From: Candidatus Cloacimonadales bacterium
GTDB taxonomy: Bacteria > Cloacimonadota > Cloacimonadia > Cloacimonadales > JAIOQZ01
NCBI GenBank assembly: GCA_963662655.2
Contig: CAXXTU010000001.1
Span: 64,001-128,000 of the forward strand
DNA length: 64,000 nt
Reading direction: 5' to 3'
Shown: piece after piece, positions 10,232 through 20,342 of the stretch
How positions within the stretch are numbered: position 1 is the first letter of the stretch
Layout of the letters: every line of letters begins with the position of its first letter
Notes under the pieces: generated by a model
Seen by the model: the letters and a program-made list of their open reading frames with translations, nothing else
The model's database searches: none
What the model was told of the DNA's origin: nothing
Program-made: the position numbers and the translations under genes

Positions 10232-10677
10232 ACATCGAGAACATTCAGGAACTCACATCGCTATTGCAATCGTCCATCGCACCGGTCGTGCTGATATCGG
10301 GAATCGGCCTGCTGCTACTCTCCATGACAAATCGGATCGGGCGCGTGATCGACCGGGTCCGGCAGCTCACGGACGAAAAAAAAATTGTCTCGCCGGAAGT
10401 TGAACGCTTCACAAACAAGCAGGTGAACAACCTCTATCACAGGGCGAGAAACCTGCGCCTCTCCATCATTCTTGCGATCGGATCGGTGCTGATGGCTTCG
10501 CTTATCATCATTACGCTTTTCATCCTGCAATTGATGAGGATCGATCTCACCATCGTCATCGTGATGGAGTTCGTGCTTTGCCTGGTATTCCTGATCCTTG
10601 CGCTACTGTTGTACATCAAGGACATCAGCCTGACCCTGAAAGCCCTGGACTACAAAATGGAGCAGGACGGGAAATAG
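10228..10677 (+). CDS. DUF2721-like membrane protein
   Basis: IAPVVLISGIGLLLLSMTNRIGRVIDR signature; 3 TM. Confidence 0.8.
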   Translation: MNIENIQELTSLLQSSIAPVVLISGIGLLLLSMTNRIGRVIDRVRQLTDEKKIVSPEVERFTNKQVNNLYHRARNLRLSIILAIGSVLMASLIIITLFILQLMRIDLTIVIVMEFVLCLVFLILALLLYIKDISLTLKALDYKMEQDGK

Positions 10678-10691
10678 TCGACAGCCGATAA

Positions 10692-11204
10692 TCAGAGATA
10701 CTCCACTAGCTCCGCAAGAGGCTTTCTCTTCAGGTGGCGCTCCGGAACTTCGTCCTTTTTGGGGTAACCCACGGGCAGGATCACCACGGGCTCGATTCCT
10801 TCCGGAAGTTTCAGCGACTGGCTCAGCATGAAGGAATCGAAGTAACCGACCCAGCATGTTCCCAGCCCCATTTCCGTGGCGGCGAGCGTCATGTGATCCA
10901 CGGCAATCGCAGCGTCCACATCGCCGTAGCTCTTGCCGTCCGGACGACGCCACGCCTGCGAGTGATCGACGCATATCACGATGAACACCGGGACTTCCTC
11001 CGCCCACTTGCGCGGGTATGCCCTGACGACATGTTCTTTCGCCTCGGGTGATTCGACCACCAGGAACTTGAACGGTTGAAGGTTCTTCGCTGTCGGCGCA
11101 AGGCGTGCCGCTTCCAGTATCTTCTCGATTTTATCCTTCTCCACCGTACGATCCGAATAGCTCCGAACGGAGTAACGGTTTTTGACTAACTCGATGAATT
11201 CCAT
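10692..11204 (-). CDS. Nitroreductase family protein
   Basis: RYSVRSY, APTAKNLQP, LAATEMGLGTCWVG. Confidence 0.93.
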   Translation of the reverse strand: MEFIELVKNRYSVRSYSDRTVEKDKIEKILEAARLAPTAKNLQPFKFLVVESPEAKEHVVRAYPRKWAEEVPVFIVICVDHSQAWRRPDGKSYGDVDAAIAVDHMTLAATEMGLGTCWVGYFDSFMLSQSLKLPEGIEPVVILPVGYPKKDEVPERHLKRKPLAELVEYL

Positions 11205-11316
11205 AGCTTTTCTCCTTTTCTTCGCAGATTATCGCAAACCGGGGAATCGTCAACTGAAAAGTGATCGCTCGTTGGAAGCCACGCACGGAGAAATTCCTTG
11301 CCGGTTAAAATACTGG

Positions 11317-11365
11317 TTGACAAATGGAGCGAATCGCACGATATTGAGAATGATATTCAGTCTCA
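11317..11365 (+). promoter_or_regulatory. feoB promoter with Fur-box-like operator
   Basis: TTGACA at 11317; near-palindrome TGAGAATGATATTCAGTCTCA (11345-11365) resembles the Fur consensus and sits between the promoter and the RBS. Confidence 0.7.
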
Positions 11366-11380
11366 AAAATGGGAGTCGAA

Positions 11381-13639
11381 ATGGATCAGGTTACAATCGC
11401 TCTGGCCGGAAACCCGAACTCGGGCAAGACAACGCTTTTCAACGCACTTACGGGCGCAAAGCAGCGCATCGGTAACTGGCCGGGCGTTACGGTCGAGCAC
11501 AAGGAAGGCTCTTACCAGGATGGCGATACTCGCATCAACGTGATCGATCTCCCGGGGATTTATTCCTTCTCCGCGTGGTCGGTCGATGAGAAAGTCTCCC
11601 GCGAGTATATCCTCTACCAGAAACCGGACGTGGTCGTCAACATCATCGACGCCTCCAACCTGGAGCGGAATCTATACCTGACCACCCAGCTTCTGGAGAT
11701 TCAGGCCCCTATCGTGGTCGCGCTGAACATGATCGACGTCGTTCAGAAGCAGAAGATTCGCATCGAGATCGAGCACCTTGAGCGCCACCTCGGCTGCCCG
11801 GTGATTCCGATGGTCGCAAGCCGCAAAGAGGGCCTGGACGAGCTGAAGAAGAAGGTTCTCGAAATCGCCGATTCACGCCGGGTATCCCCCACACGGGTCG
11901 CTTACGACTCCGTGGTCGAGACATCCCTGAAAGAATTGCGGCCCAAACTGGAATCGATTGCTGCCGACAAGAAAGTGGATTCTCGCTGGCTGGCAATCAA
12001 GCTCCTGGAGAACGACCCCATCGGCGCTGAGATCACCCAAGATCAATTCAAGGAAGAAGTCGCGAAACACGCGTCGAAGATCGAGAAGCATGTCGGCGAT
12101 TCGATTGAAATTGTCGTAGCCGATGGTCGGTACGGGTTCATTCATGGCCTGGTCAAGGATGTGACGCATCGCGATTTCGAGTTCCGCAAGACGGTCTCCG
12201 ACAGCATCGACCGCGTGGTGCTGAACCGTATTCTCGGGATTCCGATCTTCCTCGCGGTCATGTACCTGCTCTTCTTTTTGACGATCAACCTTGGCAATCC
12301 ATTCATCTTTTTCTTCGACAGGCTTTTCGGAGCAATCTTTGTAGACGGATTCGGATCAGTTCTGCAATCGATCGGCTCTCCGGGATGGTTGAACCTCTTT
12401 CTGGCTAAAGGACTCGGGGAAGGCATCCGCGTGGTTTCGACCTTCATCCCCCCCATTTTCTTCATCTTCCTTTTCCTCTCGTTTCTGGAGGACTCCGGCT
12501 ACATGGCGCGCGCTGCGTTCGTCATGGATCGCTTCATGCTCGTGATCGGCTTACCCGGAAAGGCGTTCATCCCGATGCTGATCGGCTTCGGCTGCAACGT
12601 CCCAGCAATCATGGCAACGCGCACGCTGGAGAACCACCGCGACCGCATTCTCACCATACTCGTGAATCCCCTGATGTCCTGCGGTGCGAGGATTCCCGTG
12701 TACGTGCTCTTCGCGACGATCTTTTTCCCACAGCGAGGCGGAACGGTGATCTTCGGACTTTACATGACAGGCATCCTGCTGGCGATCGTCTCCGGCCTGA
12801 TCTTCAAGCGAACCCTCCTGCAGGGCGAGACATCGACCTTCGTCATGGAGCTGCCCTCGTACCATATCCCCACGTTCAACGGCGTGATGCTGCATACGTG
12901 GATCCGGCTCAAATCGTTCATTTTCCGCGCCGGAAGGCTGATCATGTTTTTCATCATCCTGTTGAGCATCCTGGGGTCTCTCGGCACCGACGGTACCATC
13001 CACGAGGATTTCTCCGACAACTCCGTGCTTTCGGCGATCGGGAAATTCATCTCGCCGGTTTTTCGTCCCATGGGTATCGAGAAGGACAACTGGGAAGCGG
13101 CGGTCGGTCTCTTCACCGGCATTTTTTCCAAAGAAGCGGTTGTGGGCACGTTGAATGCGCTCTACGCCCGTGTGGATACCGCTCAGCAAGAAGCTTCCTT
13201 CAATTTCTGGCAGGAGGTGAGCGCATCGTTCCGACAGCTTCCCCTTGACCTCGGCGACGCCTTGAGAAGCTTTACGGATCCACTGGGTATATCCTCCGAG
13301 CTCGAGGAGACCGAGACCGACTCCTCCATCAGCGAGGTTTTCCACCGCAAGTTCACGTCCATCGCGTCTGTTATCGCGTACCTTCTGTTCATCCTGATCT
13401 ACACGCCATGTATCGCTGCAATCGCGGCCACCTACCGTGAAACGAACGCCGGATGGGCCATTTTCTCCGTGGTTTACCTCACCGGCCTGGCCTGGCTTAT
13501 CGCGACGATATTCTTCCAGATTTCCACCTTCCCGTTGCATCCCGAAAGCTCGGCGATCTGGCTCGCGGGTTGTCTCGCCACAGTCGGCCTTTTCTTCGGA
13601 GCAATCCGCTTTTGGGGTAAAACGCATCCCATCGAGTAG
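11381..13639 (+). CDS. feoB: Ferrous iron transporter FeoB
   Basis: GNPNSGKT G1, GNWPGVTVE, DLPGIYS, GFGCNVPA, FVMELPSY; start taken at ATG 11381 after GGAG. Confidence 0.96.
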   Translation: MDQVTIALAGNPNSGKTTLFNALTGAKQRIGNWPGVTVEHKEGSYQDGDTRINVIDLPGIYSFSAWSVDEKVSREYILYQKPDVVVNIIDASNLERNLYLTTQLLEIQAPIVVALNMIDVVQKQKIRIEIEHLERHLGCPVIPMVASRKEGLDELKKKVLEIADSRRVSPTRVAYDSVVETSLKELRPKLESIAADKKVDSRWLAIKLLENDPIGAEITQDQFKEEVAKHASKIEKHVGDSIEIVVADGRYGFIHGLVKDVTHRDFEFRKTVSDSIDRVVLNRILGIPIFLAVMYLLFFLTINLGNPFIFFFDRLFGAIFVDGFGSVLQSIGSPGWLNLFLAKGLGEGIRVVSTFIPPIFFIFLFLSFLEDSGYMARAAFVMDRFMLVIGLPGKAFIPMLIGFGCNVPAIMATRTLENHRDRILTILVNPLMSCGARIPVYVLFATIFFPQRGGTVIFGLYMTGILLAIVSGLIFKRTLLQGETSTFVMELPSYHIPTFNGVMLHTWIRLKSFIFRAGRLIMFFIILLSILGSLGTDGTIHEDFSDNSVLSAIGKFISPVFRPMGIEKDNWEAAVGLFTGIFSKEAVVGTLNALYARVDTAQQEASFNFWQEVSASFRQLPLDLGDALRSFTDPLGISSELEETETDSSISEVFHRKFTSIASVIAYLLFILIYTPCIAAIAATYRETNAGWAIFSVVYLTGLAWLIATIFFQISTFPLHPESSAIWLAGCLATVGLFFGAIRFWGKTHPIE

Positions 13640-13799
13640 CGTCGCAAAACCGTACGATTTCGTTCACCCCCTCTTTAAAATCGGAAACGAACAGCACCCT
13701 TTTTTGCGAATTGCTTGACGTTAACCGCCTTTTCGTAATGGTATTGGTTTTGCTTGTATTCAAAGAAAAACGCTTCAAAATAAATTCAATGGAGATGCG

Positions 13800-16199
13800 A
13801 TGTCATTTTTCAGATTAAAACTCATTTTGCGCGGTTACATGCGCCATCGGTTGCTGTTCGTCCTCAATCTTTCGAGCCTGGTTATCGGGCTTGTCGTATG
13901 CTTCCTCATCGGCGCTTTTATCGCCTTCGAGCTCAGCTTCGATAGAGAAGTCCCCGACTACGAGAGAATTTATCGAATCAGCATCCACGGCAAAATATCG
14001 AGCCTGCCCATCCATTACGCGGTTACCATGCCTCCCCTTACCGAGAAGCTGAAACAGACCTATCCTGAGGTAGAATCGACAACGGCCTTGGCGCTCGTGA
14101 ACAGCTTCAACGAAGTACAGGTCGGGGACAAGCACTACAGCATGAAAAACCTCTATCAGGTAACCCCGGGATTCTTCGATGTCTTCGGTGTGAAAGTTCT
14201 TGCCGGAGACGACCAGAACCTGCTTGCGGAGCCCGGAAAGATCGTTCTGACACAAGCAGCGGCTGAAATGCTTTATGGCAAAGACGATCCGATAGGTAAA
14301 AGCCTGAAGATTAACAATCAAACAGATTATACGATAGCAGCGGTTATCGAGAACCCGGACGAAAACATGCATTTCACGTACGATTGCCTGATCCGCTCCG
14401 AAGAAGTGGAAGTGGATAACCCTGCTTACTGGGGAAATTTCAGCAGCTATACGTACGTTAAACTCCGGGAAGGAACCGATCCGCAGAAATTCGAGGAAAG
14501 CATCCGTATGCTCGCCATGGATCAGATGCACATGAAGCCAGGCGATCAGGGAATGGAGTTCAACCTGGCGCTCCAGCCGATCTCCGACATCCACCTTCGC
14601 TCCAAGCTCGAATACGACATGGCCTTTACCGGAAACATCCACTACATTTATCTCTTCGTCGCGATCGGTGTTTTCATTCTGGCGCTTGCCTGCATCAATT
14701 TCGCCATGCTTATTACGGCGAACGCGTCGATACGCAGTCGCGAGATCGGCGTTTCCAAGGTTTACGGAGCGTCACGCGGAGCTCTGATCAAGCAATTCTT
14801 GCAGGAATCGCTCTTGCTGGCTGTTATCGCGTCGATCCTTTCGGTGATTATCATCTCGATCATCAAACCCTATTTTATGGAACTCACCGGTCATGAGCAC
14901 ATGTTCGATAAAGCGCTCAACTGGAAGATGGTCTCTGGCAGTATGTTATTCGTTCTCGTAACGGGATTCTTCGCGGGGATTTACCCGGCGCTGTATCTTT
15001 CGAGCGTGGAAACGATCCCCATCCTGAAAGGCTTCATCACGGGCGGTAAAGGTTCGGGAAGATTCCGTAACTTGCTTACGTTATTTCAGTTTGCCATCTC
15101 CATCGCGTTGATCTGCGGTACCCTCACCATTTACAACCAGTTGCGCTACATACGGAACTCGGACCTCGGTTTCGACAAAGAGAACAAGCTCTACGCGCTG
15201 ATCATGGGGGAAAATGTCGAGGAACGCAGCGAGCGTATCAAGGAGGAGTTCAGCAAAATCATGGGCGTTAACAATGTAAGCATCTCAACCGGATTCCCCG
15301 GCGCCGGCGCGTGCTCGGGAAACGGCATGACGCCCGAAGGGGAAGCCAGCGATACCATCGTCCTCGTGAAATGGTTCAACACGGACCCGGATTTCCTCTA
15401 TACATATAATATCAGAATGACCCAAGGCGACACCATTCACGTGGATCAATACCCGAGCAACAAGTACATTCTGGTGAACGAGACGCTCGCCAGAGGATTT
15501 GGTTGGGACGATCCGCTGGGCAAGAAAATATTCGATATGAGCCGGGCCAATAACGACGGCACCCATCTGGAATATACGGTTGTCGGCGTGTTCAAGGACT
15601 TTCATGTACGTTCGTTCCGGGAATCGATCGAACCCATGATTATCTTCATGAGGGGTGGCCCCAAGCCGATCATCAATATATCGATCGAAGGCCAGAACCG
15701 CAAAGAAACCGTGGCCCGTCTCGAAGAGAAGTGGAAAGAACTCGAACCAGGATTGCCCTTCAACTACCGTTTTGTGGACGAGCATTTCACCCAGTTGCAC
15801 GAGTACGAATTGCGCCTCGGCAAAATCTTCTCATGGTTCTCGGGACTGGCGATCGTCATCGCATGCTTGGGTCTTTTCGGTCTGGCCTCGTTCACGCTCA
15901 AGCGAAGGATCAAGGAAATCGGCATTCGCAAAGTGCTCGGATCGACCAACGCCGAACTCGGTTTCATCCTCGCGCGCGATTTCGTGAAGTGGGTGCTTCT
16001 GGCGAACATCATTGCCCTGCCAGTGGCCTGGTACGCGATCCGCAAGTGGATCGTCTCGTTCAGTTTTCATGCATCCGTTTCGCCGTGGATATTTATTTTC
16101 TCGGGAGTTATTGTTATTTTTATTGCGGTAATTACGGTTTTATATCATACTGTCAAGGCTTCACGCATGAATCCTGCGGAAGCGCTCAAGTACGAATAA
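13800..16199 (+). CDS. ABC transporter permease, duplicated MacB-PCD/FtsX type
   Basis: Two FtsX repeats (REIGVSKVYGA; KEIGIRKVLGS), DLGFDKEN, C-terminal NPAEALKYE. Confidence 0.92.
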   Translation: MSFFRLKLILRGYMRHRLLFVLNLSSLVIGLVVCFLIGAFIAFELSFDREVPDYERIYRISIHGKISSLPIHYAVTMPPLTEKLKQTYPEVESTTALALVNSFNEVQVGDKHYSMKNLYQVTPGFFDVFGVKVLAGDDQNLLAEPGKIVLTQAAAEMLYGKDDPIGKSLKINNQTDYTIAAVIENPDENMHFTYDCLIRSEEVEVDNPAYWGNFSSYTYVKLREGTDPQKFEESIRMLAMDQMHMKPGDQGMEFNLALQPISDIHLRSKLEYDMAFTGNIHYIYLFVAIGVFILALACINFAMLITANASIRSREIGVSKVYGASRGALIKQFLQESLLLAVIASILSVIIISIIKPYFMELTGHEHMFDKALNWKMVSGSMLFVLVTGFFAGIYPALYLSSVETIPILKGFITGGKGSGRFRNLLTLFQFAISIALICGTLTIYNQLRYIRNSDLGFDKENKLYALIMGENVEERSERIKEEFSKIMGVNNVSISTGFPGAGACSGNGMTPEGEASDTIVLVKWFNTDPDFLYTYNIRMTQGDTIHVDQYPSNKYILVNETLARGFGWDDPLGKKIFDMSRANNDGTHLEYTVVGVFKDFHVRSFRESIEPMIIFMRGGPKPIINISIEGQNRKETVARLEEKWKELEPGLPFNYRFVDEHFTQLHEYELRLGKIFSWFSGLAIVIACLGLFGLASFTLKRRIKEIGIRKVLGSTNAELGFILARDFVKWVLLANIIALPVAWYAIRKWIVSFSFHASVSPWIFIFSGVIVIFIAVITVLYHTVKASRMNPAEALKYE

Positions 16200-16212
16200 C
16201 GGAGAATCCGAT

Positions 16213-18153
16213 ATGCGTGATATCCTTTTACTTGCTCTACTGTTCGGCAGTTCGCTGCTGTTTGCATACGATGAATCATACATTGATTCGACCAACAGGC
16301 CGCAAGACGATTTCTATAACTTCGCGAACGGCTACTGGATCAAGACAAACGTACTACCCCGCGGAGTCTCCCGTTACAACCAGATGAGCGAACTGGACAA
16401 TCTCATGCTCCACAAAGTTTCTGAAAGCCTGGGGGAACGGCCCGACGGTCCCGTTGGCCGCATCGAGGAAACGCTGAGACTTTATTACTACGCCGGGATA
16501 AATGAATACGCCAATCTCGACAGAGAAAGGGAAGTTCTCCTGGAGCAAATTGCCAGAATCGAGTCTGCGGTCTCCGAAGACAAGATCATGGAAGCAATTG
16601 CCATGCTCCACTCGCTGGGCGTGGATCCACTTTTCCGTATCCACGATCCGGAAAAGTGGCAGGTTCCCGAAGAGCATTTGCTGGTTCTGTGCCAGCCGTA
16701 TGTGAATGTGTCCAATGGCGCTAACGAGCACTACAAGAGTTTTCTTCGCGATCTCTTCGTACTGACCGGGCAATCCGCCGACGAGGCACAAACCAGCGCC
16801 GAAACGGCCATCAGGCTGGAAAGCGAGATTGATTTGCTCCTGATGCCGCAGCCCGATTCCCCGTGGGACCTCTACAACAAGAAGTCCGTGTCGAGCGTAT
16901 CCAAGTGGTTCAAACCGCTGGATTTCGGCATCTGGATGAAAGCGCTGTCCGTCAGCACGGATCACAAAATCGTAATCGATCATCCCGAGTATTTCCAGCA
17001 GCTCGGTTCATGGCTGCAAAAGGTTGATCGACCGGAGCTCGCGACCTACATGATCTCACGCCTTCTTACCGTATATTGCCGCTACATGCACGGTGACTTC
17101 AAGGACGCGAGAAAGGTATTCTACTGGAATCAATACGGATTGCAACTGACGGATTCCGTCACCGAACAAATGACCCGTGATTTGCCCGAATACTTGAACG
17201 AGTACGACCTCCATGAATTCGTAACGCAGGATGTGAACGAACAGCTCGCCTCAATGGTCGAGAACATCCGCACTGCCTGGCTGAAACGCATCGTGGCCAA
17301 CGACTGGATGGGGTCATCGGAAAAGAAGCGTGCACTCGAAAAAATCACCGCGATGGAGTTCGTCATCGGGGGGAAATCGAACCCCGATCTGCTGATTCAA
17401 GAGACGCTTTCGAGGCAACTCACGCGTGAGATGACATTCATCGAGATCGCGATGAAAGTTCGCAACTGGCGCACAACGCAGGCGATCGCCCGAATCGGGA
17501 GCATGTGGGACGCGAATCGTCCTGAATGGTGGGCCTTCTCACTGACCTGCCATTACCGGCTGGACGAGAACATCGTCGAAATCGGCGGCGGGAATTTTCT
17601 ACTATCAGCATTCGATCCGAACGGTGATATCGCTGCCAACTACGGCAACATCGGAACCCGCATAGCTCATGAAATGACGCATGCAATCGACAGTCAGGGA
17701 CGCTTGTATGATGCGAATGGAAAACGCTTGGGATGGATGAGCAAATGGATGCTGACCTCGAAATTCGCGAAACGCTCGCAAGCGCTAATCGACCAATACA
17801 ACCACTTCAAGGCCTTCGAGGACTGCGCGGTGGACGGCTCTGCGACGCTCATGGAGAATCTCGCGGACCTTGGCGGTGTGCTGACGGCTTTCGACGCCAT
17901 GCACATCGAGCTCGGTGGGCAGGCGAAACACGACGCCGGGATCGACCGCGATTTCTTCATCACCTATGCCCAGAGCTGGCGGGAATTGATAACGGACGAT
18001 GCGCAGCGAAATCAGTGTAAGGGGCCTCACGCTCCAACACGGTTCAGGGCGTACGGACCGCTGCAGAACGTGGACAGGTTCTACGAGGTCTTCGATATCC
18101 AGCCCGACGATCCGATGTTCCTCGAACCGGAGAAACGGGCGAGTATCTGGTAA
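16213..18153 (+). CDS. Secreted M13 family metallo-endopeptidase (PepO/neprilysin-like)
   Basis: Signal peptide; PQDDFYNFANG; HEMTH zinc motif; ENLADLGG; C-terminal IW. Confidence 0.92.
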   Translation: MRDILLLALLFGSSLLFAYDESYIDSTNRPQDDFYNFANGYWIKTNVLPRGVSRYNQMSELDNLMLHKVSESLGERPDGPVGRIEETLRLYYYAGINEYANLDREREVLLEQIARIESAVSEDKIMEAIAMLHSLGVDPLFRIHDPEKWQVPEEHLLVLCQPYVNVSNGANEHYKSFLRDLFVLTGQSADEAQTSAETAIRLESEIDLLLMPQPDSPWDLYNKKSVSSVSKWFKPLDFGIWMKALSVSTDHKIVIDHPEYFQQLGSWLQKVDRPELATYMISRLLTVYCRYMHGDFKDARKVFYWNQYGLQLTDSVTEQMTRDLPEYLNEYDLHEFVTQDVNEQLASMVENIRTAWLKRIVANDWMGSSEKKRALEKITAMEFVIGGKSNPDLLIQETLSRQLTREMTFIEIAMKVRNWRTTQAIARIGSMWDANRPEWWAFSLTCHYRLDENIVEIGGGNFLLSAFDPNGDIAANYGNIGTRIAHEMTHAIDSQGRLYDANGKRLGWMSKWMLTSKFAKRSQALIDQYNHFKAFEDCAVDGSATLMENLADLGGVLTAFDAMHIELGGQAKHDAGIDRDFFITYAQSWRELITDDAQRNQCKGPHAPTRFRAYGPLQNVDRFYEVFDIQPDDPMFLEPEKRASIW

Positions 18154-18198
18154 TCTGCATTTTTTTCAATCTTTACGGGTTTATCCGATTCCAACCCG

Positions 18199-18247
18199 TG
18201 TCATGCTGAGTGATCCCGATTTACCGGGATTGTATCGAAGGACGACA
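18199..18247. repeat. REP-like element (GTCA..TGAG...TCGAAGG family) with an internal hairpin
   Basis: tgtcatgctgag-[tgatcccgatttaccgggattgta]-tcgaaggac; ends match the units at 61516 and 61579. Confidence 0.45.
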
Positions 18248-18369
18248 GAGGGGACACTGCCTGATTACTGTATTTGATTACGAACCGATAAGAACGCCTC
18301 CCGATTGACAAATTCCTTGACGATCGTCTTCCCTCTTGTTTTTTTTCAGCAAACTGTAGGAGCAATCGG

Positions 18370-18999
18370 ATGGAACGACATGACGACTACTACGTAAGCA
18401 CACATCGATTCGAGGCCCTCAACGACGGCGTTTTCGCCATTGCAATGACGCTGATGGTCATGGGGATCGAGGTGCCTGAGAACACCAGCATCACAAACTC
18501 TGCGGATATGCTTAAAGCGCTTTCCGCGATGTGGCCGCAATTCTTTAACTACCTGCTGAGCTTCGCTATCATCATGTCGATGTGGATCAGCAACAATGGC
18601 ATTCTGCGACACATCGAGAAGCTGAGCAAGCCTTACACACTCATTTCACTGGGCTCGCTGATGTTTATCTGCCTGCTTCCGTTCTCTTCGTCGCTCATGG
18701 GCGATTACTCCAACAATGTCGTCGCCGAGATGGTGTTCCACGTGAACCTGCTTGCGCTTGGCATCCTCAACATGATGCGATTCATGCATTTGAAGAAGCG
18801 CAAGGAAATCATGTACGAAGAATACCGTGGGCATATCAATCGGGATCGATTCCTCCACGAGACGGCGATCTACATTATCGTGCCTATCCTTGCGCTGATC
18901 GCCGCGCCCATCATCCCGGGCTACAGCACCATGTGCTATCTGCTGATGCCCGTGCTGGGATCGATACACCGGAGGAAGAAGAGTATTTCGGCTTCATGA
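18370..18999 (+). CDS. TMEM175/DUF1211 family putative K+ channel
   Basis: RFEALNDGVFAIAMTL (canonical RxxAFSDGVFAI); about 6 TM. Confidence 0.85.
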   Translation: MERHDDYYVSTHRFEALNDGVFAIAMTLMVMGIEVPENTSITNSADMLKALSAMWPQFFNYLLSFAIIMSMWISNNGILRHIEKLSKPYTLISLGSLMFICLLPFSSSLMGDYSNNVVAEMVFHVNLLALGILNMMRFMHLKKRKEIMYEEYRGHINRDRFLHETAIYIIVPILALIAAPIIPGYSTMCYLLMPVLGSIHRRKKSISAS

Positions 19000-19127
19000 G
19001 GTAAAAGCGCTGGTTGATTCTCTCCTGCTACGGTCGCGAGTTTTTGTTACCGTTGCTTTCTGCTTGACAATAACAATCCGCCATAAACACATGTATGGAA
19101 AGAGAAAATCATTACTGGAGACAATCT

Positions 19128-20324
19128 ATGGAACAGTGGAATCAAATCCTTAGAAAGAGCGAGGAATACCGCGACGATATGGTGCGGTTCCTTAAAGATA
19201 TTGTGTCGATCCCATCCTACAGCTGCCAGGAGAAGGACGTTGTCGAGCGGATCGTGGAAGAGATGAAAAAACTGGGCTTCGACGAGGCGTACTCGGACTC
19301 TCTGGGCAACGCCGTCGGCAGGATGGGCAACGGCGAAACCGTTCTCCTCTACGACGCTCACATCGACGTCGTGGGAATCGGAGATCCGGATAGTTGGGAC
19401 TACCCGCCCTTCCCCGCATTCGAGAAATACGGCAAGATCTATGGTCGCGGAAGCGTGGACGAGAAACCGGCCGCGGCGTGCATGGTTTACGCTGCGCGCA
19501 TCATGAAGGACCTCGGACTTCTGGACGGAATTACCCTCTACTGCGTGGGCTCCGTCATGGAAGAGGACTGCGACGGTCTGCCTCTCACCCACATTTTCGA
19601 GAACGAGGGGATCAAGCCGGACTTCGTCGTCCTGGGCGAACCCACCGACCTGCATGTCTATCGCGGGCACCGCGGCAGGATGGAGATCATCATCCGCACC
19701 AAGGGCAAATCGGCGCACGGCGCGCACGAGCACCTCGGGGACAACGCCGTTTACAAAATGGCTCCGATCATCGAGGGAATCAAAGCGCTCAACCATCGCC
19801 TGAAAGACGATCCATTCCTCGGAAAAGGCTCCGTCACTATCTCGCAGATAACTTCGACCAGCCCTTCGCTGTGCTCGGTGGCCGATAGTTGCGAGCTTTA
19901 TCTCGACCGACGCATGACCGTAGGCGAAACGAAGGAATCGGTTATCGCCGAATTGAAGGAAATCACCGGCGACGATGCGGAGATCATCATCCCGCAGTAC
20001 GACGCGACAAGCTGGAAAGGCTACAAGGTCAACCAGGAGAAGGTTTACCCGACTTGGATACTTCCCGAAGAACACCTATTGGTGCAAGCCGCGAAGCGAG
20101 CTGCCGATCTGGCTGTCAAACCTGCCAAGCCGATTGGAAGATGGTCATTCTCCACCAACGGCGTCTCGAGCATGGGACATTTCGGGATCCCGTCGATCGG
20201 TTTCGCGCCCGGTAGAGAAGAGCTTTCGCATTCGACGGAGGAGCACGTGAAAATCAGCGACCTCGTCTTCGCAACACAGTTCTACGCTGCTTTCCCGCAT
20301 TTCTTGAAAGAACAAATGAAGTAA
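19128..20324 (+). CDS. YgeY-like M20/ArgE family hydrolase
   Basis: DAHIDVV, GRGSVDEK, VMEEDCDG, GEPT..VYRGHRGRMEI, FSTNGV. Confidence 0.85.
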   Translation: MEQWNQILRKSEEYRDDMVRFLKDIVSIPSYSCQEKDVVERIVEEMKKLGFDEAYSDSLGNAVGRMGNGETVLLYDAHIDVVGIGDPDSWDYPPFPAFEKYGKIYGRGSVDEKPAAACMVYAARIMKDLGLLDGITLYCVGSVMEEDCDGLPLTHIFENEGIKPDFVVLGEPTDLHVYRGHRGRMEIIIRTKGKSAHGAHEHLGDNAVYKMAPIIEGIKALNHRLKDDPFLGKGSVTISQITSTSPSLCSVADSCELYLDRRMTVGETKESVIAELKEITGDDAEIIIPQYDATSWKGYKVNQEKVYPTWILPEEHLLVQAAKRAADLAVKPAKPIGRWSFSTNGVSSMGHFGIPSIGFAPGREELSHSTEEHVKISDLVFATQFYAAFPHFLKEQMK

Positions 20325-20342
20325 TAGATTTGGAGGATCATT

